Shown in pieces: positions 53,801-61,054 of a stretch of 64,000 bases of DNA. The stretch is from assembly GCA_038227875.1 (NCBI GenBank), contig JBBRPR010000025.1:44462-108461 (forward strand), read 5' to 3'. Within the stretch, counting starts at the first letter, position 1; each line of letters starts with the position of its first letter. The notes beneath the pieces were generated by a model. That model ran no database searches and had not been told where the DNA came from. It was given only the letters and a program-made list of their open reading frames with translations. Both the position numbers and the translations under genes were made by a program. Source of the DNA: Planctomycetota bacterium (lineage in GTDB: Bacteria; Planctomycetota; SZUA-567; H5-PLA8).

Positions 53801-54343
53801 GGCCAGACGGTCAGCCACGCGTACACAACTCCGGGTACGTACAATGTGACTGTGACGGTGACAGCCACCAACGGCAAGCAGGTGGTCTTCCCGCTCCAAG
53901 TCACGATCATCGGGCGACTCTTCCGCCTGCGCCGGGCGAGCTTCCTGCTGGCCAACGCGAAGGGCGGCGACAAGGCAACGCTCATCGGCATTCTGCATGT
54001 GCCGGGCAATTCCAAGCTCGCCGGACAGGCCGTGACGCTGATCATCGGCGGTAACACGTTCAACTTCACGCTGGACGCGAAGGGCAGCGCCAAGTTCGCG
54101 CAGGGTAGCTTCAAAGTCACGACCAAGAAGACCATCGCCGACCAGGAAGCGCCGTTCACGGCGGTGATCTCCAAGGCCGCGCTGGCCGCCGCGGTGCTGG
54201 CCAACTCACCACTGGATGCCACGGGCCTGCCGACGAAGATCGTGGTGCAGGTGCAGTTCTTGGGCGCCTTCTACCAGGCCGATGCGACGGTGAAATTCAA
54301 GTCCACGGCACGCGGCAAAACGGCGAATTTTGGACCGTTCTAA
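50849..54343 (+). CDS. Large Gly-rich secreted/surface repeat protein with choice-of-anchor-Q-like and PKD domains
   Basis: NTNDSGVGSLRAAI start; about ten GGxGGxGxGGGI(F/Y)-type repeats; LANNGGPTQT...DQRG...DIGAFE; WNFGDG..HAYTTPGTY PKD; AGGAG RBS before GTG. Confidence 0.85.
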   Translation: MTLSNSLNELTQSRRAKQLMQTAPLVVAFWMMQGNANALDQTVLNTNDSGVGSLRAAIAAANADATDDIVYVPTGFYQLATEIPITKAQGKLTIKGVVNATGPTYGGAAPLNAVSISPYGGFFPARAFNVAAAKAEFDDLKITGFVAGNNGGVAGAGPNDRVGAAVLNLGGNLTFKNAFFYGNDAFGAAGSTGQDGGSAQGGVIYTSGGSLTLINCDLTNNVASGGAGNSNLSQGGVLAAAQAPVQGREVLPGGIGPRITNGGNAQGGGIFATGGATVSVSNTLFRHDNAFGGSGGRSSSSSGNAGGNGGNGQGGGIFASGAATTVAILDGAFTFDQSNGGSDDHGGRFTSSISGASGANGGNGGKGQGGGIYVSGIQALTINMSASTPVNVQGNSSRGGYGGDGGNTKFNGGQSIAGTSGVSQGAGIYAASVANLKIQNATIQQNSAFAASGATGIGGSTAGSQAAGAGIFIDSAAPLTLSNLLISSNGAYGNTGGRAGKGGLAANGSTVLGGGIFINGSSAFTINNSTVNSNEADAGNGGVGFTNSAAAAGQGGSALGAGIYISAASGVISNSTLNNNLSMGQRGGNSSGFYGGAGGQGGTGAGGALAVVGASTVKLSNSTLERNEVDAGNGGNGGTGSLGAGGNAGNATGGGVYVDAGVVAINNSTLTDNGAYGSGAGTGVPAGQNSLVVSGGNLFVKTGAAVTSASSIFYNGSATSGRDVAGAISAEAVLVGNVDSAATITATGTAANLLNVTPLLAPLANNGGPTQTRALLSGSPGLDAGVNPDRLLFDQRGNARRLSNTNYDIGAFELQVANSVAPTAFLRIAPPVGDASSPNLYTFSVTYSDDLAIDPLTLDDNDILVTGPNGFSQPAKFVSALPSRPGTTVIVTYSIVPPGGAWTSDANGTYTIAIQPNQVTDSNDNPVRAGSIGTFNVNVSGLVIISPPTMAPNPAQTGQPVVFTIAVTGGTVSWNFGDGSPELTGQTVSHAYTTPGTYNVTVTVTATNGKQVVFPLQVTIIGRLFRLRRASFLLANAKGGDKATLIGILHVPGNSKLAGQAVTLIIGGNTFNFTLDAKGSAKFAQGSFKVTTKKTIADQEAPFTAVISKAALAAAVLANSPLDATGLPTKIVVQVQFLGAFYQADATVKFKSTARGKTANFGPF

Positions 54344-54389
54344 AGTTGGACGGCAGGCGAATTCTGAACGTTCGATAGTCGTACAAAAG

Positions 54390-54425
54390 CGGGTCCTGAC
54401 AAAGTGCGTCAGGACCCGTTTTTTT
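54390..54425 (+). terminator. Intrinsic terminator
   Basis: CGGGTCCTGAC-AAAGTGC-GTCAGGACCCG followed by T7. Confidence 0.85.
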
Positions 54426-54679
54426 ATTGTGACGCGAAATGCGGCGGATCCCTTTTTGACTTGGCGATGGCTGCTTGTTTTTACACAAATCCCACATGTG
54501 CTTTGGCAGAAAAATCCCATCGCACCCGTGCGAATTACATGTAACCGCAGACAAAATATTATTATCGGAATGTTGTGAATGGAATCAAAATTGAAATAGG
54601 TAGATGCAGATCCAACACCAGCGCCCAAATGAATTCAAGGGCACCGAACGAGACTGCACGCGTTACTGAGGATGTGATT

Positions 54680-55861
54680 ATGACCCGACTACTGATGACC
54701 CTGATCGCTGTACTGACTCTGCTGGGAAATGTGAGTGCCAGTGAAGTGTCCGCCAACTACCGCGCCGGCGCGTGGGACACGGTTGTGCAGGCGATGCGCA
54801 AGAGCGATGGCGTGAGCTTGAGCGACATGGACGCGTCGCTGGCCGGCGGCGGTTCGGCGCATGTCCGTTACAGCATGAAAAACTCCAACGGTCCGCTGGT
54901 GCTGATCCTGAGCGGGACGTTCGGACGCGCCGACAATCCGTACTCCGATGATCTGGCTCGCGAACTGACGGGCCTGAACTGCAACGTGATCACGATGGAT
55001 TCGTTTTTCTCGACGCGCTACATCACGCAGACACGCCAGGGCGCGCCGGGCAATCTGCGCCGCGAAGCGCTGGTCGCCGCCAACGTGATCCAGGAAGTGC
55101 TGAAGCGCACGGGCGCGAAGACCACCGACATCTCCGTCGTGGGCGTGAGCTACGGCGGTGGCGTGGCGCTGCAGATGGCCGCGCTGGAGAAGGAAGGAAA
55201 GCTGCCGGTCAAACTGCAGCACGTCGTTGCCTTCTCGGTGCCGGTGAGCTTCCGCGACGCGATGGCGCGGCTGGATCAGTTTGAAGACCTGCCCTACTCG
55301 TACGACACCATCGTCCCGATCGTGAAGTCGGCCAAGCCGGGCTCGTCGGCTCCGTCTGGCGTCAAGGTCGCGGAACTGGAGAAGGTGCTTGGCCGCGGCT
55401 TCCGGTTGGATCTGTCGCCGGCCGTGGACTTGGTCGACCGCATGTACTCCGGCCAGATTCATCCGTCTCCGGCGAAGGTGCTGAACCTGGAAAGCCTGAG
55501 CAATAACCACGCGGACAAGATGGACCGCGAAGTGGAAGCCGGCGGCATCAACTTTCAGGCGCTCTTCTCGTACTGGATCGCGCCGTACTGGATCGGCAAG
55601 GGCGACGTGAGATCGGAAGACGAACTGGCGAACCTGGGGGAAGTGGCGCTGCTGCTGCCGAACCTCGACAAGAAGGTCGAATTGGTCCTGGCTCGCAACG
55701 ATCCGCTGAACGCTCCCGGCACCGTCGAGCAGCTCGAGAAGATCCAGACCAGCGCTCATCTGACTGTCCTGCCGGACGGCGGACACGCGGCGTATGTCCG
55801 CATGGACCAGGGCCGCTCGATCCTGCACCGCATTTTCTCGCAGACCGTCGCTAAGGAATGA
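54680..55861 (+). CDS. Secreted alpha/beta hydrolase
   Basis: Signal peptide; GVSYGG nucleophile elbow; ARND and GGH triad candidates. Confidence 0.78.
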   Translation: MTRLLMTLIAVLTLLGNVSASEVSANYRAGAWDTVVQAMRKSDGVSLSDMDASLAGGGSAHVRYSMKNSNGPLVLILSGTFGRADNPYSDDLARELTGLNCNVITMDSFFSTRYITQTRQGAPGNLRREALVAANVIQEVLKRTGAKTTDISVVGVSYGGGVALQMAALEKEGKLPVKLQHVVAFSVPVSFRDAMARLDQFEDLPYSYDTIVPIVKSAKPGSSAPSGVKVAELEKVLGRGFRLDLSPAVDLVDRMYSGQIHPSPAKVLNLESLSNNHADKMDREVEAGGINFQALFSYWIAPYWIGKGDVRSEDELANLGEVALLLPNLDKKVELVLARNDPLNAPGTVEQLEKIQTSAHLTVLPDGGHAAYVRMDQGRSILHRIFSQTVAKE

Positions 55862-55905
55862 GGCGAATGTCGAAACGGAAAGTGCGCGTGATTAGAGCTT
55901 GAAGT

Positions 55906-56018
55906 ACCGCGGGCCAATTGGCCCGCGGGTCATTTTGACCCTGGGGACCATGGTCCCCAGGGTCGAAATGGCGGTTGAGATGGTGGCCAATTTTGACTTA
56001 TGGGCTGTCCATAAGGTC
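55906..56018. repeat. Array of palindromic units related to those at 36012-36071
   Basis: CCGCGGGCCAATTGGCCCGCGG (55907-55928), GACCCTGGGGACCATGGTCCCCAGGGTC (55937-55964) and the degenerate GACTTATGGGCTGTCCATAAGGTC (55995-56018). Confidence 0.85.
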
Positions 56019-56032
56019 CTCGCGTTTCAAAA

Positions 56033-56821
56033 TTACTTCGGCAGTTCGGCGACCGAGATCACTTCGATGCCCAGCTCGCGGATCCATTGGCGGACTTCCG
56101 GGTCGCGGAGGACGTCGAGGTCGGTCTGGCGCGGGGCGGCGAAGCCGGGTGTCAGCTCCATGCCCAGCATCTCGTCGGTGAGGATCGCGGGGTGGCACAT
56201 CATGTAGGACGCGCCTTCCGGCAGCGCCTGGAGCTGCGCGCGGAAACGCTGCTTCAGCGGCAGGTCCTTCTCCGTGCTGGCGCCCACTCCGGTGACTAAC
56301 GCCAGCGGGAGACTCTTGGCGCCGCCACTCTTTTCGAGGCGCAGAAACGGGACTCGGAAGCGTTCGTACAGACGTTCGGCGACCGACAGGAAGGCGTTGT
56401 CCCAACGCGGCACGACTCCCATGTGAGCGTCGACGAAGGCCGGCTTCAAGCCGAAATCGAGGAAGCGTTCCATCTGCGCTTCGAGTTCCCGGTAGACGAT
56501 CTCCTGGCCGTTGGCGGGGAGCTCGTTGGGATTGGCGATGAAGGTGTAGCCCTTCTTATCGCGCGTGAGTTCGGGGGCTCTCGTCAGCGGGCCGAAGTGG
56601 TACTTGTGGTATTCGCAGGTCAGCGTCATGTGGAGACCGCAAGCGAGGCCGTGCTGCTTGGCCAGTTCGACAGCCTGCGGGAACCAGGGGCAGGGGACCA
56701 TCAGCGAGGCGCTGCGCAGGATGCCATTGCGGAAGGCGTCGATGATGCCGCGGTTGGCGGATTCGGAGGAGCCGAAGTCGTCGCCGTTGATGATCAGGTA
56801 CTTCGTTTTTGAGGTAGCCAT
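56033..56821 (-). CDS. ChbG/HpnK (YdjC) family carbohydrate deacetylase
   Basis: INGDDFG, SASLMVP, GLHMTL, DAHMG and MMCHP. Confidence 0.88.
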   Translation of the reverse strand: MATSKTKYLIINGDDFGSSESANRGIIDAFRNGILRSASLMVPCPWFPQAVELAKQHGLACGLHMTLTCEYHKYHFGPLTRAPELTRDKKGYTFIANPNELPANGQEIVYRELEAQMERFLDFGLKPAFVDAHMGVVPRWDNAFLSVAERLYERFRVPFLRLEKSGGAKSLPLALVTGVGASTEKDLPLKQRFRAQLQALPEGASYMMCHPAILTDEMLGMELTPGFAAPRQTDLDVLRDPEVRQWIRELGIEVISVAELPK

Positions 56822-56984
56822 GGTTCTCAAGGTAGTTTAATCAGGCTCGGATTCCAAGTACGAACGGATGGGATCGCGGATCGGGCACCGGGGATCGGGT
56901 AATTGGAATACTTTTTGGCGAAGTCGGGTTGTCCTTTGCGCGTTGAATGCGATGAACGACGGAACCGTTTTTGTCGCGCCGCAG

Positions 56985-57026
56985 GAGGACAGACCTTTGT
57001 GCCCAAAGGCACAAAGGTCTGTCCTC
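56985..57026. repeat. 19-bp perfect inverted repeat
   Basis: GAGGACAGACCTTTGTGCC-CAAA-GGCACAAAGGTCTGTCCTC. Confidence 0.85.
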
Positions 57027-57338
57027 GGGGAAAACAAGGTCTGCTAACCGATTCGCACGTAACATTCGCATGAATTGCACGGGGTGAAGTACCACACCGG
57101 CTTCATAGGTAAATGTGACCAAATGTTACAAAATGTTACATGATTCAGGTCTTTAGATGTTTCCCGTACAACAGCGTTATTGTACCCCTCGACGCGCCCG
57201 ATGCAGGCGTCGCGGCCTGCATCGGGCTTGCTCGGGGCGGGGCCCGTGCGAGGGCGTGAGTGAGCCTTCGCGGCGGGGCGGTAATTGGTGCTGCGGGATA
57301 TATTGAGTTGTCAGAGAGCTGCATCTTATCAATTAATG

Positions 57339-57366
57339 ACTATATACCGTGAAATGGGATAGTCAA
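57339..57366 (-). promoter_or_regulatory. Sigma70-like promoter
   Basis: Minus strand TTGACT-16 bp-TATAGT in an AT-rich context. Confidence 0.5.
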
Positions 57367-57377
57367 GTAATATGTTC

Positions 57378-58608
57378 TTAAATTTTAAAATTAGGTTTTG
57401 GTTCAAGCGGGCGGTCTTTTCGGAGGAGGCTCCAGAGCAGCGCGCAAGTCAGCAGGATGGTCAGCCAGAGTTCCGGCATCACGGCCATGCCCCAGCGCCC
57501 TTCGGGGCGGCGGCGGGACCAGATGGCCAGTTCGTCCTTGCTGGAGACATACGCGTGGTTGCCGGAAGGGCTGATGCAGCATTGGAAGGATTCGAAGCCA
57601 TCGTGCGAGGCGAATTGGGTTAGAAGGTTGCCGGCGGTCGCGTCCCAAATCGCAAGACATTCCTCAAAAGTAACCATGTTGAATCGTCGCGCGATCACGC
57701 GTTGGCCGTCAGGTGTCAAAAATTCGTCGCGAGTCTGGTTGCGAACACACTCCGCGGGACGAAAACTTGTTCCTTCGGGCAATTCCCACACCTGCAGCGG
57801 TTGATTGACATCGCCGACGAGCAGATTCGACATCCCAAATTAGAGATTGTCCGTGGAGGTAGGTGAGCAGCCAGCGACCGTCCGAGGAGAGTGCGCCCGG
57901 CACATGCAGCTGGACTACGGCCCTGGTGAACTCATCGAGTGTGACGGCACGTTCGGCTTGCGCGGTCGCCCGCGATGTGGTTTCGTCGATGACCTTCTGT
58001 TCTTCGGGCGATGGCTGTTTGGGACAGAGCACGCTCACTTCGGCTTCGCTGATCTTTCGTATCAAGGAACCGTCCGCAATCGCGTAAAACAACACTTTTG
58101 AATCCGAATTCTGAATCGCGATCAGTTTTTTGGCGTCGGGGGAAAATCGCGCGAAATTGATATCCGAGTGCCCGCCTGGCCGCGTGATCGCCGCGAGTTG
58201 CTTTCCGGAATCGGCGTCCCATACGAACAGATATTTCTCTTTCTCGTGTTTGGCGCCTGTGTCATCGAGATTGTTGCACGTGGTTAAGATCCGCCGGGAG
58301 TCCAGAGAAAAGGAAAGCGCCTCGAATTTCCAAGTAGAATTGTCACATATCGCCCGTTGCTCCAGCGTGTCGGCGTCGAGAATGTGAACCTTGGTACCCC
58401 TGTTTTGAATTGCGCAGAGCGTCCGGCCGTCGGGCGAGACCCAAAGCTCCGCCAGCCCGAAGGGGACCGTCCGCACGCAGACCCACGGTTCCAGGTGTGT
58501 CCATAGAGCTCCGCCGCTGCCGGCCAGCAACGTGGCGAGCAGCAGCGTGCGCAGCGAGAAGCGCAGCCAGCGGCGTCGAGGACGTGGCGGCGTGGCGACC
58601 GTGGTCAT
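57378..58608 (-). pseudogene. Frameshifted WD40-repeat membrane-anchored protein
   Basis: RRRWLRFSLRTLL N-terminus and WD repeats (VWDADSG, FSPDAK, IWDVES) in one frame, continuing as LQVWELPEG, IWDATAG and a C-terminal TM in an overlapping frame; switch near 57820. Confidence 0.72.
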
Positions 58609-58741
58609 GACGTGTAAGTGTGGCGATTCATGGGGGGAATTCAACGGGCGTCGCGCTTTACGGTGTCACTGCTGGGCCGGTGTTCTCCTTCCCGATTGCG
58701 GAGAACTAAAATTGTCGGTACTCTGAGGGTGATCGCGGACA

Positions 58742-60664
58742 TTGATGGAGTCGCGGTATGCAGAGGGTTTTCGAATGCGCCAGTGTTCAGCAGCCTCTCG
58801 AAAAATCTCAGTCCTGCCCCTAACTTTCCTGAAACGACACGCCGTTGAGTTGTCGCCGCGCATCGTCCGGGCCTCGCTCCACGGTTTGGCTGTGGTGTTG
58901 GTCACACTGCTCAGCGCATCGGGCCGCGCGGCTGAAGTGGCGCCGACCCAGCCGGAGACACCGCCTGCGGAGGCCGCCATGCTTCCCGAACTGGCGGTGG
59001 GGACTGCGAAGACGGCGCCGCGCATCGACGGGACGCTCGTCGACCCCGCGTGGAAAGACGCGGCGACTTCCGATGCGTTCAAGCTGGGGGACGGCAGCGC
59101 GCCACGCGGCAGGACCAAGCTGTACATGATGAAGGACGACAAGAACCTGTACCTTGCCGTGGAGTGCTTTGACTCGGAAGAAACGCTTCAGTCGCTCAAG
59201 GCCACCGCTGTCACGCATGAACAGGACGGGATCTGGGAAGACGATGCGGTCGAACTGTTCATCGACCCAAACAATACGCGCGTGAGTTATTACCAGATCA
59301 TCGTCAATTCGAAGAGCGTCTCCTGGGACGGCTTTCTCGATTCGCCCGGCAGGCCGGACAGGCAGTGGCAACCCAAGGCCGAAGTCCAGGCGCGCGTCGG
59401 TAAAGAGAGCTGGATCGTGACGCTGGCGCTGCCCTATGCGAGCTTCGATTGCTCGCCGCTACCGGCCAGCGGGACGGAGTGGGCCTTCAATGTTTCGCGC
59501 AATCGCACCGCGGCGAACGAATTGATGTACTGGTCGCCGGTGTTTGCCAAGAGTTCTCATACGCCGGAGAAGTTCGGGCGGCTGACGGGAATGCCGGCGG
59601 GCGTGGTGAAAGGGGCGTACGCCGACTTTCCTGCGCTGGGAGCGGATGCGACGGCTGTGGCGACTGCGAATTCGAAGACGCGGGCAGAGGTCGAAGCGCT
59701 GATCGCGTCGGAGGGAACCTCGCCGCCGCAATGGTGGAACGCGGTCACGCTGAACATTCCCGACGGTTTGGATCTGACCTGGCAGGGGCCCAAAGCGGGT
59801 GAGGTCAAGAAGACGCTGGCGCAGTATTTATGGAGCACGGTCAACGAAAATCCCGCCAAATGGAAGGAGGGCATCAAGCTGCTCCACCATTCGCTGACGG
59901 TCAATCGCGACAATTCGTGGGCGCTGAAACAGTCCATGAATGCGCTGGGCGCCGCGTATGCCGAATTGCTGCTCGATTTTCCGCGCGCGGCGTTCTGGTG
60001 GCGCAAGGGCGGCGGCGCCGGACACGCCGGGTACAGCCACAAGGTGGCGCTGGCGCGCTGCTACCTTTATATGGGCAACCGCGACATGGCGGTGGAAGCG
60101 CTGGGCGAGAACAACGTCAATCCGTCGGCGATTCCGATTCTGGTCCGCGTCTGGGGCGAGCTGGGAGAAACGGCGCGGGCGCTGCAACTGGGCGAACGGA
60201 ATGTCGCGACCAATCCCATTATCATCAATCAGGTCATGGGCGAAGTCTGCCGTCGCGCGGGCCAGTTTCCAGAAGCCATTGCCTATTTCGAGAAGTCGTT
60301 GAACGCCTGCAAACAGCGGCAAATGCCGAATACCGCGCGCCTGCAGAACAGCCTCGAATCCGCGCAGGCTGCCGACGCCTTCAATCATCTCGAGCGGATC
60401 CCCGATGGTTCCTACACGGCCAGCAGCCTTGGCTACACGGGACCCGTGGGCGTGACCGTGGACGTGAAGAATGGAAAGCTGGACGCGGTCAAAGTCAGCG
60501 ATCATCACGAGAAGCAGTACTATTCGTCGATCACGGAGACTCCCGCGAAGATTTTGCAGAAGCAGAGCATCAAGGGCGTGGATATTACGTCGGGCGCGAC
60601 GATCACGTCGGAAGCGATCATCAATGCGGCGGCGAAGGCGTTGGTGAATGCGACGAAGCAGTGA
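58742..60664 (+). CDS. Secreted CBM9-like/TPR/FMN-binding domain protein (true start probably nearer 58850)
   Basis: APRIDGTLVDPAW, DDKNLYLAVEC and WEDDAVELFIDP (CBM9-like); helical TPR middle; C-terminal GYTGPVGVTV...VDITSGATITS FMN_bind motif. Confidence 0.82.
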   Translation: MMESRYAEGFRMRQCSAASRKISVLPLTFLKRHAVELSPRIVRASLHGLAVVLVTLLSASGRAAEVAPTQPETPPAEAAMLPELAVGTAKTAPRIDGTLVDPAWKDAATSDAFKLGDGSAPRGRTKLYMMKDDKNLYLAVECFDSEETLQSLKATAVTHEQDGIWEDDAVELFIDPNNTRVSYYQIIVNSKSVSWDGFLDSPGRPDRQWQPKAEVQARVGKESWIVTLALPYASFDCSPLPASGTEWAFNVSRNRTAANELMYWSPVFAKSSHTPEKFGRLTGMPAGVVKGAYADFPALGADATAVATANSKTRAEVEALIASEGTSPPQWWNAVTLNIPDGLDLTWQGPKAGEVKKTLAQYLWSTVNENPAKWKEGIKLLHHSLTVNRDNSWALKQSMNALGAAYAELLLDFPRAAFWWRKGGGAGHAGYSHKVALARCYLYMGNRDMAVEALGENNVNPSAIPILVRVWGELGETARALQLGERNVATNPIIINQVMGEVCRRAGQFPEAIAYFEKSLNACKQRQMPNTARLQNSLESAQAADAFNHLERIPDGSYTASSLGYTGPVGVTVDVKNGKLDAVKVSDHHEKQYYSSITETPAKILQKQSIKGVDITSGATITSEAIINAAAKALVNATKQ

Positions 60665-60674
60665 CGAACGCCGG

Positions 60675-60730
60675 GAATGTCGAATGTCGAATGTCGAATG
60701 GCGAATGTCGAATGGCGAATTTCGAATGTT
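60675..60730 (+). repeat. Heptamer tandem repeat (GAATGTC)x8, degenerate
   Basis: GAATGTC/GAATGGC/GAATTTC/GAATGTT units just after the stop codon. Confidence 0.9.
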
Positions 60731-60956
60731 GAGTGGAGGCGGTGCGCGTCCGGCGGACTTGGACCCCCCTGCCCCCCTTTTCAAGGGGGGAGAATGATGC
60801 GGGAGCCGCTGGCATTCGTGTTCTCGGGGCGGGGGATTGGCGGGGCGAGCTCGCCGACGAGGTTCTTGTTCGCTGCGCTCACCCATCCGAATTCTCCGAA
60901 TTCGGATGGGCCACCCCTCGCGGGCGGGGCGTTGATTCTCGGATTGGGGTCCTCAT

Positions 60957-60991
60957 AAACAAACTCGCCGCGTTCAGCGGCGAGTTTGTTT
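60957..60991. terminator. Bidirectional terminator-like hairpin
   Basis: AAACAAACTCGCCGC-GTTCA-GCGGCGAGTTTGTTT between convergent genes. Confidence 0.7.
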
Positions 60992-61053
60992 CATTCGACA
61001 TTCGACATTCGACATTCGACATTCGACATTCGACATTCGACATTCGACATTCG
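60992..61053 (-). repeat. Perfect heptamer tandem repeat (CATTCGA), nearly 9 copies, inverted relative to the 60675 array
   Basis: Eight full units plus CATTCG. Confidence 0.92.
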
Positions 61054-61054
61054 T

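Noticed and set aside
55906..56018. Palindrome arrays as CRISPR repeats or integron attC sites
   Set aside because: Units differ in sequence, linkers are only about 8 bp in the clearest pairs, and there are no RYYYAAC/GTTRRRY ends, cas genes or integrase
60675..61053. CRISPR array or coding ORFs (60677..60958, 60986..61780) in the repeat region
   Set aside because: Units are 7 bp with no spacers and no cas genes; the ORF translations are just repeat read-through
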